Source of the DNA: an uncultured Gemmatimonadales bacterium
GTDB taxonomy: Bacteria; Gemmatimonadota; Gemmatimonadetes; Longimicrobiales; RSA9
Assembly: GCA_963798085.1 (NCBI GenBank)
Contig: CAWCRS010000007.1
Span: 1,760,001 to 1,824,000 of the forward strand
Direction: 5' to 3'
DNA length: 64,000 bases
The position numbers were made by a program, and so were the translations under genes. Positions 20,875 through 30,243 of the stretch are shown one piece after another. The notes below the pieces were generated by a model. That model was not told the DNA's origin. It saw only the letters and a program-made list of their open reading frames with translations, and searched no databases. Each line of letters opens with the position of its first letter. The first letter of the stretch is position 1.

Positions 20875-22830
20875 TCAGCCCTCCTTCTCTTCGTACTCGT
20901 CTTTCAGGCGAGCGACCACGGCCGGGTCTGCTAACGTCGTGGTATCGCCCAGCGTGCGTCCCTCCGCGATGTCGCGCAGCAGTCGCCGCATGATCTTGCC
21001 CGAGCGCGTCTTGGGGAGATCCGCGGCGTAGAGAATGTCATCCGGTCGGGCAATGGCCCCGATCTTCCTGCTGACGTGCTCGCGCAGTTCCTTCTTGAGC
21101 GCTTCAGTCGGCCGGACCGACTCCTTCAGCGTGACGAACGCAGCAATCGCCTGACCCTTCAGGTCGTCGGCGCGGCCCACCACCGCCGCTTCGGCCACGG
21201 CCTCGTGATCCACCAGCGCGCTCTCCACTTCCATTGTGCCGATGCGATGGCCGGCCACATTGAGCACGTCATCGACACGGCCGAGGATCCAGAAGTAGCC
21301 ATCCTCATCGCGCTTCGCACCATCGCCCGGAAAGTAGACGTTCGGCCAGCGCGACCAGTAGTTGGCGCGATAGCGCGCGTCATCGCCGTAGATGGTGCGC
21401 AGCATGCCCGGCCAGGGTCTGGTAATGGCGAGGTAGCCGGCGGAGACCTCGTGGCCATCGGTGTCGAGCAGGGTTGCCGTGATGCCCGGAAATGCCACGG
21501 TGGCGCTTCCCGGCTTGGTTTCGGTGACGCCGGGCAGCGGTGTGATCATGATGCCGCCAGTCTCGGTCTGCCACCACGTGTCCACGATGGGACAGCGGTT
21601 CTGACCGATATGCTGCTGATACCACATCCACGCTTCCGGATTGATGGGCTCGCCCACTGTTCCCAGCAGGCGCAGCGTGGAAAGATCGTATTTCGTGGGC
21701 CACTCCGTGCCCCAGCGCATGAAGGCGCGAATCGCGGTGGGCGCGGTGTAAAACACTGTTACCCCGTACTTCTCGACCAGCGACCAGAAACGACCGCGAT
21801 CGGGCCAGTCCGGCGCACCCTCGTACATCAGAACGGTCGCACCATTGGACAGCGGTCCGTACACGATGTAGCTGTGTCCCGTCACCCAACCGACGTCGGC
21901 GGTGCACCAGTACATGTCTTCTTCCTTGAGATCGAACACGAGGCGCGTCGTCGCATACACCTGCGTCATGTAGCCGCCGGTGGTGTGCACCACGCCCTTG
22001 GGCTTCCCGGTCGTGCCCGACGTGTAGAGGATGTACAGCAGATCCTCGGCATCCATCGGCTCGGCCGCGTTCTTCGGCGAAGCGTACTGCACCAGCTCGT
22101 GGTACCAGTGATCGCGTCCCGCACGCATGTGCACGGGTACCTCCAGGCCACCGCCTCGCCGCACTACCACCACCGATTCGATGGACGGTGTGTCCTGCAG
22201 TGCCTCGTCCGCCGCTTCCTTGAGCGCGACGACACGGCCGCGACGAAAACCGCCATCCGCGGTGATCAGCACTCTGGCCTGCGCATCGTTGATGCGATCG
22301 CGCAGGCTCTCCGCGGAGAACCCGCCGAACACGACGGAGTGCGGCGCGCCAATGCGCGCGCAGGCCAGCATGGCAATCGCAGCTTCGGGGATCATGGGCA
22401 GATAGATCGCGACGCGGTCGCCTCGCCGGACACCGAGATTCTCCTTGAGCACGTTCGCGAAGCGGCAGACTTCGCGGTACAGATCCCAGTACGTGAAGAT
22501 GCGCATATCGCCAGGCTCGCCTTCCCATACCAGCGCTGCCTTGTGGCGGCGCGGGCTGGCGACATGGCGATCGAGGCAGTTGTAGGACGCGTTCAGCTTG
22601 CCGCCGATGAACCACTGCGCGTGCGGCGGCTTCCACTCGAGCACGCGCTGCCAGGGCTCGAACCAGTCCAGCTCCCGGGCCCACTGCGCCCAGAAGGCCT
22701 CCGGGTCGGCGGCCGCCTCGGCGTGGATGGCGGGATCGCCCGCATTGGCGCGGGAGCGGAATTCCGGCGGCGGCGGGAACCTTCGCTCTTCGTGCAGCAG
22801 CGCGTCCAGAGGCTTTTCCTGTGAGGCCAT
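20875..22830 (-). CDS. acs: Acetyl-CoA synthetase
   Basis: [51 protein letters not shown]. Confidence 0.97.
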   Translation of the reverse strand: MASQEKPLDALLHEERRFPPPPEFRSRANAGDPAIHAEAAADPEAFWAQWARELDWFEPWQRVLEWKPPHAQWFIGGKLNASYNCLDRHVASPRRHKAALVWEGEPGDMRIFTYWDLYREVCRFANVLKENLGVRRGDRVAIYLPMIPEAAIAMLACARIGAPHSVVFGGFSAESLRDRINDAQARVLITADGGFRRGRVVALKEAADEALQDTPSIESVVVVRRGGGLEVPVHMRAGRDHWYHELVQYASPKNAAEPMDAEDLLYILYTSGTTGKPKGVVHTTGGYMTQVYATTRLVFDLKEEDMYWCTADVGWVTGHSYIVYGPLSNGATVLMYEGAPDWPDRGRFWSLVEKYGVTVFYTAPTAIRAFMRWGTEWPTKYDLSTLRLLGTVGEPINPEAWMWYQQHIGQNRCPIVDTWWQTETGGIMITPLPGVTETKPGSATVAFPGITATLLDTDGHEVSAGYLAITRPWPGMLRTIYGDDARYRANYWSRWPNVYFPGDGAKRDEDGYFWILGRVDDVLNVAGHRIGTMEVESALVDHEAVAEAAVVGRADDLKGQAIAAFVTLKESVRPTEALKKELREHVSRKIGAIARPDDILYAADLPKTRSGKIMRRLLRDIAEGRTLGDTTTLADPAVVARLKDEYEEKEG

Positions 22831-23155
22831 GACTCCCATCCCCCGCAATCGGCGGAACCGCAACCGGTGAACACTCGAGGCGCGACGTATGCCTCGCCTC
22901 ACGAGCAGCGACAGGATAGGTCGCCGTTCGGGCAGGCGGCAACGGCTTGCGGTAGAGCGCCGGGCGCTCTGACGCGGATGCGCGGGTGAGGCTCGATTCC
23001 AGCCCGTCCGGCAGCTTGTTGCTGCTGCGGCCTGACGTTATCGTTCATGGCTGAGTTTTCCTTGGCCGGACGGCTCCGGCACCCATGGTCGAGCTGCATG
23101 ATACGCGTCGAAAACGGCGCCGCTGGATGATGAACCCACGGAGGGCGAACTCGGG

Positions 23156-23554
23156 ATGCCAACCATCAAGAAGCTTTCCAAGAAACAACTCGAACACCTT
23201 CAGCACCGGCTGATGCGGGAGCGGGAGCGTGCGCTTCGGTCGCTGGGCCAGTTCGACGAGCTGGCCAAGCAGTCCGCGGAGCAGAACGACTCCGATTCGT
23301 ACTCCTACTCCGATCACATGGCGGACCTGGGGACGGATGCGATGGAGCGCGAGAAGATGCTGCTCTTCGCCAGCAAGGAGGGCCGCTACCTGTACCGGGT
23401 CGAGGAAGCACTGCGCCGGCTGTACAAGGATCCTGACAATTTCGGGCGCTGCCACAGCTGCGGCACGCTCATCGACTATGAACGACTCGACGCCCTGCCC
23501 CACGCGCGGTATTGCATCGACTGCAAGCTGAAAGAAGAAGCGGACGCGGCCTGA
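23156..23554 (+). CDS. TraR/DksA C4 zinc-finger protein
   Basis: Coiled coil with HMADLGTD tip; CHSC...ERLDALP.ARYCIDC; GGAGG upstream. Confidence 0.93.
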   Translation: MPTIKKLSKKQLEHLQHRLMRERERALRSLGQFDELAKQSAEQNDSDSYSYSDHMADLGTDAMEREKMLLFASKEGRYLYRVEEALRRLYKDPDNFGRCHSCGTLIDYERLDALPHARYCIDCKLKEEADAA

Positions 23555-23575
23555 ATCGTCGCGATCGATTCCACG

Positions 23576-23607
23576 AGGGCCCCGTGAAGCTGCTCACGGG
23601 GCCCTTT
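23576..23607. terminator. Hairpin terminator between convergent genes
   Basis: Perfect 12-bp inverted repeat AGGGCCCCGTGA-N6-TCACGGGGCCCT followed by TT. Confidence 0.7.
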
Positions 23608-23998
23608 CAGTTTCCCGAGCCAGCAGCGCCGGCAGTTCCGCCACGAAAGCCGACCTGGCCAGCACGCGATCTGCGCCTGCCGCGCGCCCGGCCGCGATGG
23701 CGGCGCCGTTCATGTGCGAGGCGAAGCCCACGATCGTCACACTGCCGGGCAGGCCAGCTTCACGCAGCTGTCGGATCGCGTCGGCCCCTGCACCGGAACG
23801 CAGTTCGAGATCGATCAGCACCAGCCCGGGCTCGTGTTTGCGGACCGCGGCAAGCATCGCTTCGGGTGTGCCCGCCATTACCAGACGCCGGCCCAAGGCG
23901 TCCGCCACGCCCCGAATCCTGGACGCGAACAGCATGTCTGCGAGCGCGACCACCGGCCGCGACGCGGCTTCGGATGAAGTTTCACTCATCAGTTTCAA
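23594..23998 (-). CDS. Atypical single-domain receiver (CheY-like) protein
   Basis: ADMLFASRI, PGLVLIDL, GFASH, AAGADRVLARS; lacks the canonical KP lysine. True start may be 23989. Confidence 0.8.
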   Translation of the reverse strand: MKLMSETSSEAASRPVVALADMLFASRIRGVADALGRRLVMAGTPEAMLAAVRKHEPGLVLIDLELRSGAGADAIRQLREAGLPGSVTIVGFASHMNGAAIAAGRAAGADRVLARSAFVAELPALLARETERAP

Positions 23999-24047
23999 CC
24001 TGCTGTCCCGGAAAGAGATGAACCGCCCCCTGCAAAGTGCCGGCGCA

Positions 24048-24077
24048 TTGACAGCGCGCTGCCCGACGGCCTACTCT
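24048..24077 (+). promoter_or_regulatory. Putative sigma70 promoter TTGACA-N18-TACTCT for the Fur-family gene
   Basis: Hexamers at 24048-24053 and 24072-24077. Confidence 0.55.
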
Positions 24078-24112
24078 TGTAGCGTTCGCTCATTCGCTCA
24101 CGCGTGGCTTCA

Positions 24113-24562
24113 ATGATCGACTTCAGCGACTCGATCGTTCCCGACCCGGAATCCGATACCCGACTTCGCTCGGCGCTCGCGTCCAGTGGCCAGCGCTTCA
24201 CTGAGCAGCGAGCCGCAGTGTATCGATTTCTCTGCGCCAGCACCGCCCACCCCACAGCGGATGACATGTTCACCGCCGTGCGCACCGAGATTCCCGATAT
24301 CTCGCTCGCCACTGTCTACAAGGCGCTGGAAACCCTCGTGGGTTGTGGCCTCGCAGTCAAGCTGACCTACGGTGACGGCTCCGCCCGCTACGACGGGCGC
24401 ACCGACCCGCATCCGCACGCCCGCTGCCTGCGGTGCGGCGCCGTGGTGGATGTTCCCGGTCGGCTGGATCCCAATTCCTTCGGCGGCCTTGGTCGGCTCG
24501 ATGGTTTCGAGGTGCGCAGCTACCGACTCGAGCTCGTGGGAATCTGCGCAACCTGTCACTGA
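24113..24562 (+). CDS. Fur-family transcriptional repressor, PerR-like
   Basis: TEQR, HPTA, ISLATVYKAL, RYD, HPH..CLRCG.VVD (Asp as in PerR), C-terminal CATC. Confidence 0.92.
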   Translation: MIDFSDSIVPDPESDTRLRSALASSGQRFTEQRAAVYRFLCASTAHPTADDMFTAVRTEIPDISLATVYKALETLVGCGLAVKLTYGDGSARYDGRTDPHPHARCLRCGAVVDVPGRLDPNSFGGLGRLDGFEVRSYRLELVGICATCH

Positions 24563-24586
24563 GCCCTGCCCGAAAGCACTACGGGA

Positions 24587-24621
24587 GAACGCCCGACCGG
24601 ACCGGCCGGGCGTTTCTTTTT
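24587..24621 (+). terminator. Intrinsic terminator after the Fur-family gene
   Basis: GAACGCCCG...CGGGCGTTT followed by CTTTTT. Confidence 0.8.
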
Positions 24622-24628
24622 ACCTCTA

Positions 24629-24698
24629 GCAACATTTTCAGTGACAGTGTGCAAGACGCTTGCCTGCTGGTCTTGCATTCTGTCCAGCAGAATGTTGC
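24629..24698. repeat. Nested inverted-repeat element upstream of the glnA promoter
   Basis: GCAACATT/AATGTTGC, GACAG/CTGTC, TGCAAGAC/GTCTTGCA, plus alternative pairs CTGCTGG/CCAGCAG and CATTCTG/CAGAATG. Confidence 0.7.
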
Positions 24699-24717
24699 CT
24701 GAAGGACACCTCGCCAA

Positions 24718-24746
24718 TTGACATTGCGCTACTTTTCGAGTAACAT
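24718..24746 (+). promoter_or_regulatory. Sigma70 promoter for glnA, TTGACA-N17-TAACAT
   Basis: Consensus -35, 17-nt spacer, TAnnAT -10; AGGAG Shine-Dalgarno before ATG 24787. Confidence 0.75.
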
Positions 24747-24786
24747 CGCGTCTTTCGAAGCCACCCGCAACCCAGGAGAGAACTGA

Positions 24787-26232
24787 ATGGCCACACCAAC
24801 CAGAGTTCGGCGCGCGGAACCGGGCGCCAACGGTGTCATTTCCACGCTGGTGCCAGAACACAAGGTGCGTCACCGCGAGCCGCGTACACGCATTGCACGC
24901 ACCGCGGGTGCGACGAAGGCGGACCTGCTGAAGTTGATGAAGGAATCGAACGTCCGGTTCCTGCGTCTCCAGTTCATCGACATCATGGGCCAGCTCAAGA
25001 ACGTGGAGGTTCCGCCCAGCCAGTTCGAGAAGGCTCTGGATGGCGACATCATGTTCGACGGCTCTTCGATCGAGGGTTTCGTGCGCATCGAGGAATCGGA
25101 CATGGTGCTGAAGCCGGACGTGTCGACGTTCATGGTGTTTCCATGGGGCGATGCGGACAACCAGGTGGCCCGCCTGATCTGTGACGTGTACACATCCGAC
25201 GAGAAGCCATTCGAGGGGGATCCGCGTCGGGTGCTCAAGCGCCAGATCGAGGCGGCGGCCGCGCTGGGCTACGAGATGATGGCGGGCGTGGAAGCGGAGT
25301 TCTTCCTGTTCCATCGGCGCGACGATGGCTCGCCCACGCGCGCCACGCATGATGCGGCGGGTTATTTCGACCTGATGCCGGTGGACTTCGGAGAAGTGGC
25401 GCGCCGCGACATCGTGAATGCGCTGCAAATGATGGGCTTCGAGGTGGAAGCCGCGCACCACGAGGTGGCGCCGGGCCAGCACGAGATCGACTTCAAGTAC
25501 GCGGACGCGCTGACTACGGCGGACGATCTGGCGACGTTCCGCTTCGTGGTGCGTAATATCGCGTTACAGCACGGGCTGCACGCGACGTTCATGCCCAAGC
25601 CCATCTTCGGTCAGAATGGCTCGGGCATGCACACGCATCAGTCGCTGTTCAAGGCGGGCGACAACGCATTCTTCGACGCGGGTGACACGGATCAGATCTC
25701 GCAGGTGATGCGCTGGTACGTGGGCGGACTGCTGCGGCACGCGCGCAGCTTCTGCGTGGTCACGAATCCGCTGGTCAACAGCTTCAAGCGGCTGGTGCCG
25801 GGCTACGAGGCGCCGGTGAACGTGGCGTGGTCGCACCACAACCGCTCACCCATGATCCGCATTCCGGCGCGGCGAGGCAAAGGCACTCGCCTCGAGCTGC
25901 GGATGCCGGATCCTTCGGCGAATCCGTATCTGGCGCTGTCGGTGCAGCTGGCTGCCGGCCTCGACGGCATCCGCAATCGCACCGCACCACCCGAACCGGT
26001 GGACAAGAACATCTTCGAGCTGAGCGTGCGCGATCGCCGCAAGCACAAGATCCAGGAATTGCCCAGCGATCTGGGTGAAGCCATCGAGCTGCTGCGCCGC
26101 AGCGCCTTCGTCAAGGTCGTGCTCGGTCCGCACATCTTCGAGCACCTGGTGGCCGCCAAGGAGCAGGAGTGGCAGGAGTACATTGCGCAGGTACACGAGT
26201 GGGAGATCGAACGGTATCTCGCGGTCTACTGA
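24787..26232 (+). CDS. glnA: Glutamine synthetase type I (GSI-alpha-like)
   Basis: FDGSSIEGF..IEESDM, EAEFFLF, HHEVAPGQHEI, TFMPKP..GQNGSGMHTHQS, KRLVPGYEAP, ELRMPDPSANPYLA. Confidence 0.97.
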   Translation: MATPTRVRRAEPGANGVISTLVPEHKVRHREPRTRIARTAGATKADLLKLMKESNVRFLRLQFIDIMGQLKNVEVPPSQFEKALDGDIMFDGSSIEGFVRIEESDMVLKPDVSTFMVFPWGDADNQVARLICDVYTSDEKPFEGDPRRVLKRQIEAAAALGYEMMAGVEAEFFLFHRRDDGSPTRATHDAAGYFDLMPVDFGEVARRDIVNALQMMGFEVEAAHHEVAPGQHEIDFKYADALTTADDLATFRFVVRNIALQHGLHATFMPKPIFGQNGSGMHTHQSLFKAGDNAFFDAGDTDQISQVMRWYVGGLLRHARSFCVVTNPLVNSFKRLVPGYEAPVNVAWSHHNRSPMIRIPARRGKGTRLELRMPDPSANPYLALSVQLAAGLDGIRNRTAPPEPVDKNIFELSVRDRRKHKIQELPSDLGEAIELLRRSAFVKVVLGPHIFEHLVAAKEQEWQEYIAQVHEWEIERYLAVY

Positions 26233-26285
26233 CTACCAACGGAACGATTCCGGGGCTGGGCTGGGACAAGGCGTTGCTGCTGTAC

Positions 26286-27449
26286 CTAGACCTTGATGGG
26301 GAATGAAAGAACGACTTCAGTGCCCTGGGCGGTTGCGTGGGTGTCCACGTGGCCGCCCAGTTCATCCCGGACCAGGGCCTGCACGATGGCGCGGCCGCTG
26401 CCGCTGAGGGGTTCGGGGTTGTGGCTGGCGGTGCCCACGCCGTCGTCGGCGACGGAGAGGCGAAACTCGCCGTTATCGTGAGCGAAGCGGATGTGGATGC
26501 TTCCCTTGCGACCGTCAGGGAAGCCATGACGGAAGGCGTTGGTCAGCAGTTCGTTGAGTGCGAGGGCGAGGGCGAAACCCTGGCGCTCGTCGAGCGTGAC
26601 GGTGGTGCCTTCCATGACCATGTCGATGCGCCGTTCGGCATCCCATGCGTTGCGCAGGCGTTGCGCCAGCTTGTCGAAGATCTCGCGTACCGCAACACCG
26701 TGATAGTTCTGGCGGCGCAGGGCTTCGTGCACGAGCAGGAACGAGCGCAGTCGTCCCTCGAGTGTGGCCAGCGCCTCGGCGGAGGGTCGGGGCGGGCGCC
26801 GGTTTCGCTCCATGCTGAGCAGCCCGAGGATGACTGACAGGTTGTTGCGGACACGGTGGTCCAACTCGCGCAGCAGCAGGGCGCGCTCTTCGGCATCGTG
26901 GCGGGCGCGCTCGTACAGCTGGTAGTTCTGATCGGCCAGCTCGCGCAGCTGCTGGTTGGCGCGCTTGATGGCGACCTCGGCGCGGCGCACGCGCAGGCGG
27001 GACTCGATGCGGGCGGTCAGCTCGGCGATGTGGAAGGGCTTGGCGACATAGTCGTCGGCGCCCGCGGCGAACGTGCGCACCACGTCTTCCGGCGACGTGC
27101 GCGCGGTCACCATGATCACGGGGAGCAGCGGGTCGTGCTCCTTGATCTCGCGGCAGATCGACCAGCCATCGCGGCCCGGCAGCATGGCATCGAGCAGAAC
27201 CAGCTCGACCTCGGGCAGGAAGGAAAAGACCTCTTCGCCGCGGGCGAGCGCGAGGACGTTGTATTGATGCGCCTCGAGCAGGTCCACGAACATTTGGCGC
27301 GCCAGCGGCTCGTCGTCGACAACGAGAATGGAAGCGCCGGTGCCCTGCCGGGCGGTGTCAGGGCGGAGCGCAGCTTTCTGTCCGTTGCGGTCGCTCTGAC
27401 GCCGATCGACCGCGGCGCCGCGCTCTTCGCTCCTGACCTCGCCAGGCAC
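26286..27449 (-). CDS. Hybrid REC-HisKA_2-HATPase histidine kinase
   Basis: ILVVDDE...LLDAMLPG...TAR...KPF receiver; ELDHRVRNNL H-box; NELLTNAFRHGF, DDGVG. Confidence 0.9.
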   Translation of the reverse strand: MPGEVRSEERGAAVDRRQSDRNGQKAALRPDTARQGTGASILVVDDEPLARQMFVDLLEAHQYNVLALARGEEVFSFLPEVELVLLDAMLPGRDGWSICREIKEHDPLLPVIMVTARTSPEDVVRTFAAGADDYVAKPFHIAELTARIESRLRVRRAEVAIKRANQQLRELADQNYQLYERARHDAEERALLLRELDHRVRNNLSVILGLLSMERNRRPPRPSAEALATLEGRLRSFLLVHEALRRQNYHGVAVREIFDKLAQRLRNAWDAERRIDMVMEGTTVTLDERQGFALALALNELLTNAFRHGFPDGRKGSIHIRFAHDNGEFRLSVADDGVGTASHNPEPLSGSGRAIVQALVRDELGGHVDTHATAQGTEVVLSFPIKV

Positions 27450-27455
27450 GTCGCG

Positions 27456-28046
27456 CTATTCCTTGTTCAGCAGGGGCGCGGCGAGAAGGATCTTGCGGGC
27501 AAGCTCCACCATGGGTGTGTTCTTGTCCTGACTCGTCTTCTGGAGGAAGCGATACGCCTCGCGCTCGCTGAGGCCGCGCGTCTCCATGAGCAGTCCCTTG
27601 GCGCGCTCGACGATCTTGCGTTCTTCGAGCTTCAGCTCCAGCCGGTCGCGGTCGCGGCGCGCTTCCAGCCACTCATCGAAGCGGGCGCGTGCCACCGCAA
27701 TGGCGGGCGCCAGATCGTCCGGATCCACGGGCTTCACGAGGTAGTGGAAGATGGGTGCGCGAATCGCCTGATCAACGGTGCGGGCATCGCTGTAGGCGGA
27801 CAGGATGATCATGGGGATGGGCTTTTCCCGCGCGATCTCGAGAGCGGCCTCGGGTCCGGTCATGCTGGGCATGCGGATGTCCAGGAACGCGATATCGAAG
27901 TCCGTCTCACGGGCCAGCTCGACGGCTTCGCGGCCGTTGGAGGCCGTTGCGACCACCTGGTGGCCCAGCGTCTCCAGCTGACTGGTGAGCGCGAGATTGT
28001 GAAGGGCTTCGTCGTCGGCGATCAGCACTCTCAGCGATTCGGACAT
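27456..28046 (-). CDS. REC-ANTAR response regulator (PdtaR/EutV-like)
   Basis: RVLIADDE, LDIRMP, YLVKP; ANTAR LEERKIVERAKGLLM....SEREAYRFLQKTSQDKNTPMVELA; Shine-Dalgarno GGGAGG. Confidence 0.93.
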   Translation of the reverse strand: MSESLRVLIADDEALHNLALTSQLETLGHQVVATASNGREAVELARETDFDIAFLDIRMPSMTGPEAALEIAREKPIPMIILSAYSDARTVDQAIRAPIFHYLVKPVDPDDLAPAIAVARARFDEWLEARRDRDRLELKLEERKIVERAKGLLMETRGLSEREAYRFLQKTSQDKNTPMVELARKILLAAPLLNKE

Positions 28047-28428
28047 TCTATTCCTCCCTTTTGCTGCAGTCGACGGTCCATGTGCACTACCGGGGAGAAG
28101 AGCAGAAGGGGCGCCTCTCGAATCTGTCGAGTTGGCGCCCGCGGCCACGACCTGAAATCGGTCGACGATGCGTGTCAGAGTGTGTGAAAAAAATCGCTGC
28201 ATTGAGATGCGCGGCGCAAGGGGGGCGGAACCGACTGGAGCGTCGCTGTGTTCTACTCCGCGGCCTTGTTGCGCGGGCGCATCGGCCGTGACAGGCTGGT
28301 TCCGCTTTCGTCCGCCACGACAATAGTTTGGGCCTTCCGGGCCGGCGGCGGAACGTGGCCTCGGAATTGCCGACCCTGCGCGACGTGGAGGGTCGCTTGC
28401 GACGACGCAACCCCGATTCGCCGGTGGT

Positions 28429-29976
28429 ATGAACGAGATTGCTCTGGTACTGACGCTGGTCACGGCCCTCGCGGGTCCCGGTCTGAGCCGGGCCGCGAGC
28501 TTTTTCGCGCCTGCCTTCGATGCACACCGCGAAGTGCTGCGGAACGAGATCGAGAGCATACTGCACCGGGCTCGCATGGACGGTCAGGCCGGTGTGCTGG
28601 TGGTTTCGCTCGATCATGGGGACACCCTCTTCATCCACAACCCCGACCTGCCTCTGGCGCCGGCTTCCAACCAGAAGCTTTTCACGACGTTCGCGGCTCT
28701 GCACTATCTGGGCCCTTCGTTCCGCTACAACACGTATCTGCTTGCTACAGGCCCCGTACGGGAGGGTGTCCTGGAGGGCGATCTGGTGCTCTACGGCACA
28801 GGTGACCCCACGCTGTCGGACCGTTTCGGCGCGCGCGTTCTCGAGGCCTTCGCGGACACGCTCGCGCACATGGGGATCCGTGAAATCCGGGGCGCCGTGA
28901 TCGGCGATGCTTCCTATTTCGGTGGTGACGGCATCGGCATCGGCTGGCAGCCCGAATACAGCAACGCCATCTACGCTGCGCCGGCCAGCGCGTTGTCATT
29001 CTCGGAGAATGTCGCGCTGGTGGAGATTCGACCCGGCGCCGCCGGCGATGCCGCCGCGGTACGGATTGCTCCCGGCGGCGATGGACTGGAAATCGTCAAC
29101 CGTGCGGTGACGGTAGCACAGGGACGCACGCGCGTGAGTGTGGGCCGCGCGAGTTATGACGGCCCGCTCATGGTGCAGGGCCAGGTCTCACGCAGTGCCG
29201 GAGCCGTGCGCTACGCGGTCCCGGTGGCAGATCCTCCGTTCTTCGCGGCCGGGGCTCTGCGCGAGGCCATGGAAGCGCGGCACATTGCCGTTCGGGGTGG
29301 TACGCGCGCGGTTCACGACGGCGAGGCGTCGCCCGTAGCGGGGCGTTCGCTGTTTGCTCCCACGCTCGAGCGGGATGCCGCGCTGCACGTTCTCGCGATA
29401 CACACATCGCCGCCGCTCATCGATGTGCTCGAGGTGATCAACAAGCGCAGCCAGAATTTCATGGCGGAGCAGGTGCTTCGCACGGTGGGCCGTGTAGTCG
29501 CGGGTGACGGCACGGTTCAGGGCGGCACCGGCACGGTCATGCGTTTCGCCGCCGACGTACTGCGCGTGGACACGACGCAGGTGCGGCTCTTCGATGGGTC
29601 CGGTCTTTCGCCCCTGAATCGCACAACGGCCAGCGCCATGGTGCGGCTGCTGGCGTTCGCCGCTCATTCGCCCATGTGGAAGGCGTTCCTGCAGACGCTA
29701 CCCGAAGTGGGCGCGCGTGACGGCATGCACCGCATGACCGGGACACCGGCGCAGGGACGGGTCTGGGCCAAGACGGGTACCATCAATCACGTTTCGGCGC
29801 TTTCCGGTTACGTTCGCACGGCGGGCGGTGAGCTGCTGGAGTTCAGCATTGTCAACAACCGGGCGGTCAATGAGCATCGTGCGAAGCGCACGGAAGACGC
29901 GATCGTGGTGCGTCTCGCCATGTTCGACCGCGCGCAGTCGGGCGTCCCGGGCGGAGACGGTTCGCCCAACCGCTAA
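28429..29976 (+). CDS. dacB: D-Ala-D-Ala carboxypeptidase/endopeptidase PBP4
   Basis: PASNQKL (SxxK), G.GDPTL, KRSQNF.AE (SxN), DGSGLS..NR, AKTGT. Confidence 0.95.
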   Translation: MNEIALVLTLVTALAGPGLSRAASFFAPAFDAHREVLRNEIESILHRARMDGQAGVLVVSLDHGDTLFIHNPDLPLAPASNQKLFTTFAALHYLGPSFRYNTYLLATGPVREGVLEGDLVLYGTGDPTLSDRFGARVLEAFADTLAHMGIREIRGAVIGDASYFGGDGIGIGWQPEYSNAIYAAPASALSFSENVALVEIRPGAAGDAAAVRIAPGGDGLEIVNRAVTVAQGRTRVSVGRASYDGPLMVQGQVSRSAGAVRYAVPVADPPFFAAGALREAMEARHIAVRGGTRAVHDGEASPVAGRSLFAPTLERDAALHVLAIHTSPPLIDVLEVINKRSQNFMAEQVLRTVGRVVAGDGTVQGGTGTVMRFAADVLRVDTTQVRLFDGSGLSPLNRTTASAMVRLLAFAAHSPMWKAFLQTLPEVGARDGMHRMTGTPAQGRVWAKTGTINHVSALSGYVRTAGGELLEFSIVNNRAVNEHRAKRTEDAIVVRLAMFDRAQSGVPGGDGSPNR

Positions 29977-29995
29977 ATCCGCGAGTCTTTCCGCT

Positions 29996-30241
29996 TCACA
30001 CCACTTCTGCGCGAGTCAGCGCGGTCGCCAGCCGGCGACGCAGCTCGAACATCGACATGCTCCGTACCGTGCGGTCCGCGGTTGCAAAGGTCTGCCAGCG
30101 GACCTCGGCCTGCGGGAAGACGCTGGAAGGATCGTCCTCGGGATGAAAGACGAGGAACCAACGGGTGTGGTGACGGGGCGAATTCTCCTGACGCGCTGTT
30201 GCGATCCAGGCACGACCGGTCTCGTCGGCGAAGCTGCGCAT
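29996..30241 (-). CDS. Small hypothetical protein
   Basis: MRSFADETGRAW...; 2 nt downstream of a similar small ORF whose end supplies a GAAGG Shine-Dalgarno. Confidence 0.7.
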   Translation of the reverse strand: MRSFADETGRAWIATARQENSPRHHTRWFLVFHPEDDPSSVFPQAEVRWQTFATADRTVRSMSMFELRRRLATALTRAEVV

Positions 30242-30243
30242 GC

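Noticed and set aside
24750..24900. ANTAR dual-hexaloop site in the glnA 5' region (GCC-AACGGT-GTC, CAC-AAGGTG)
   Set aside because: The loops have A1/G4, but the stems do not pair adequately.
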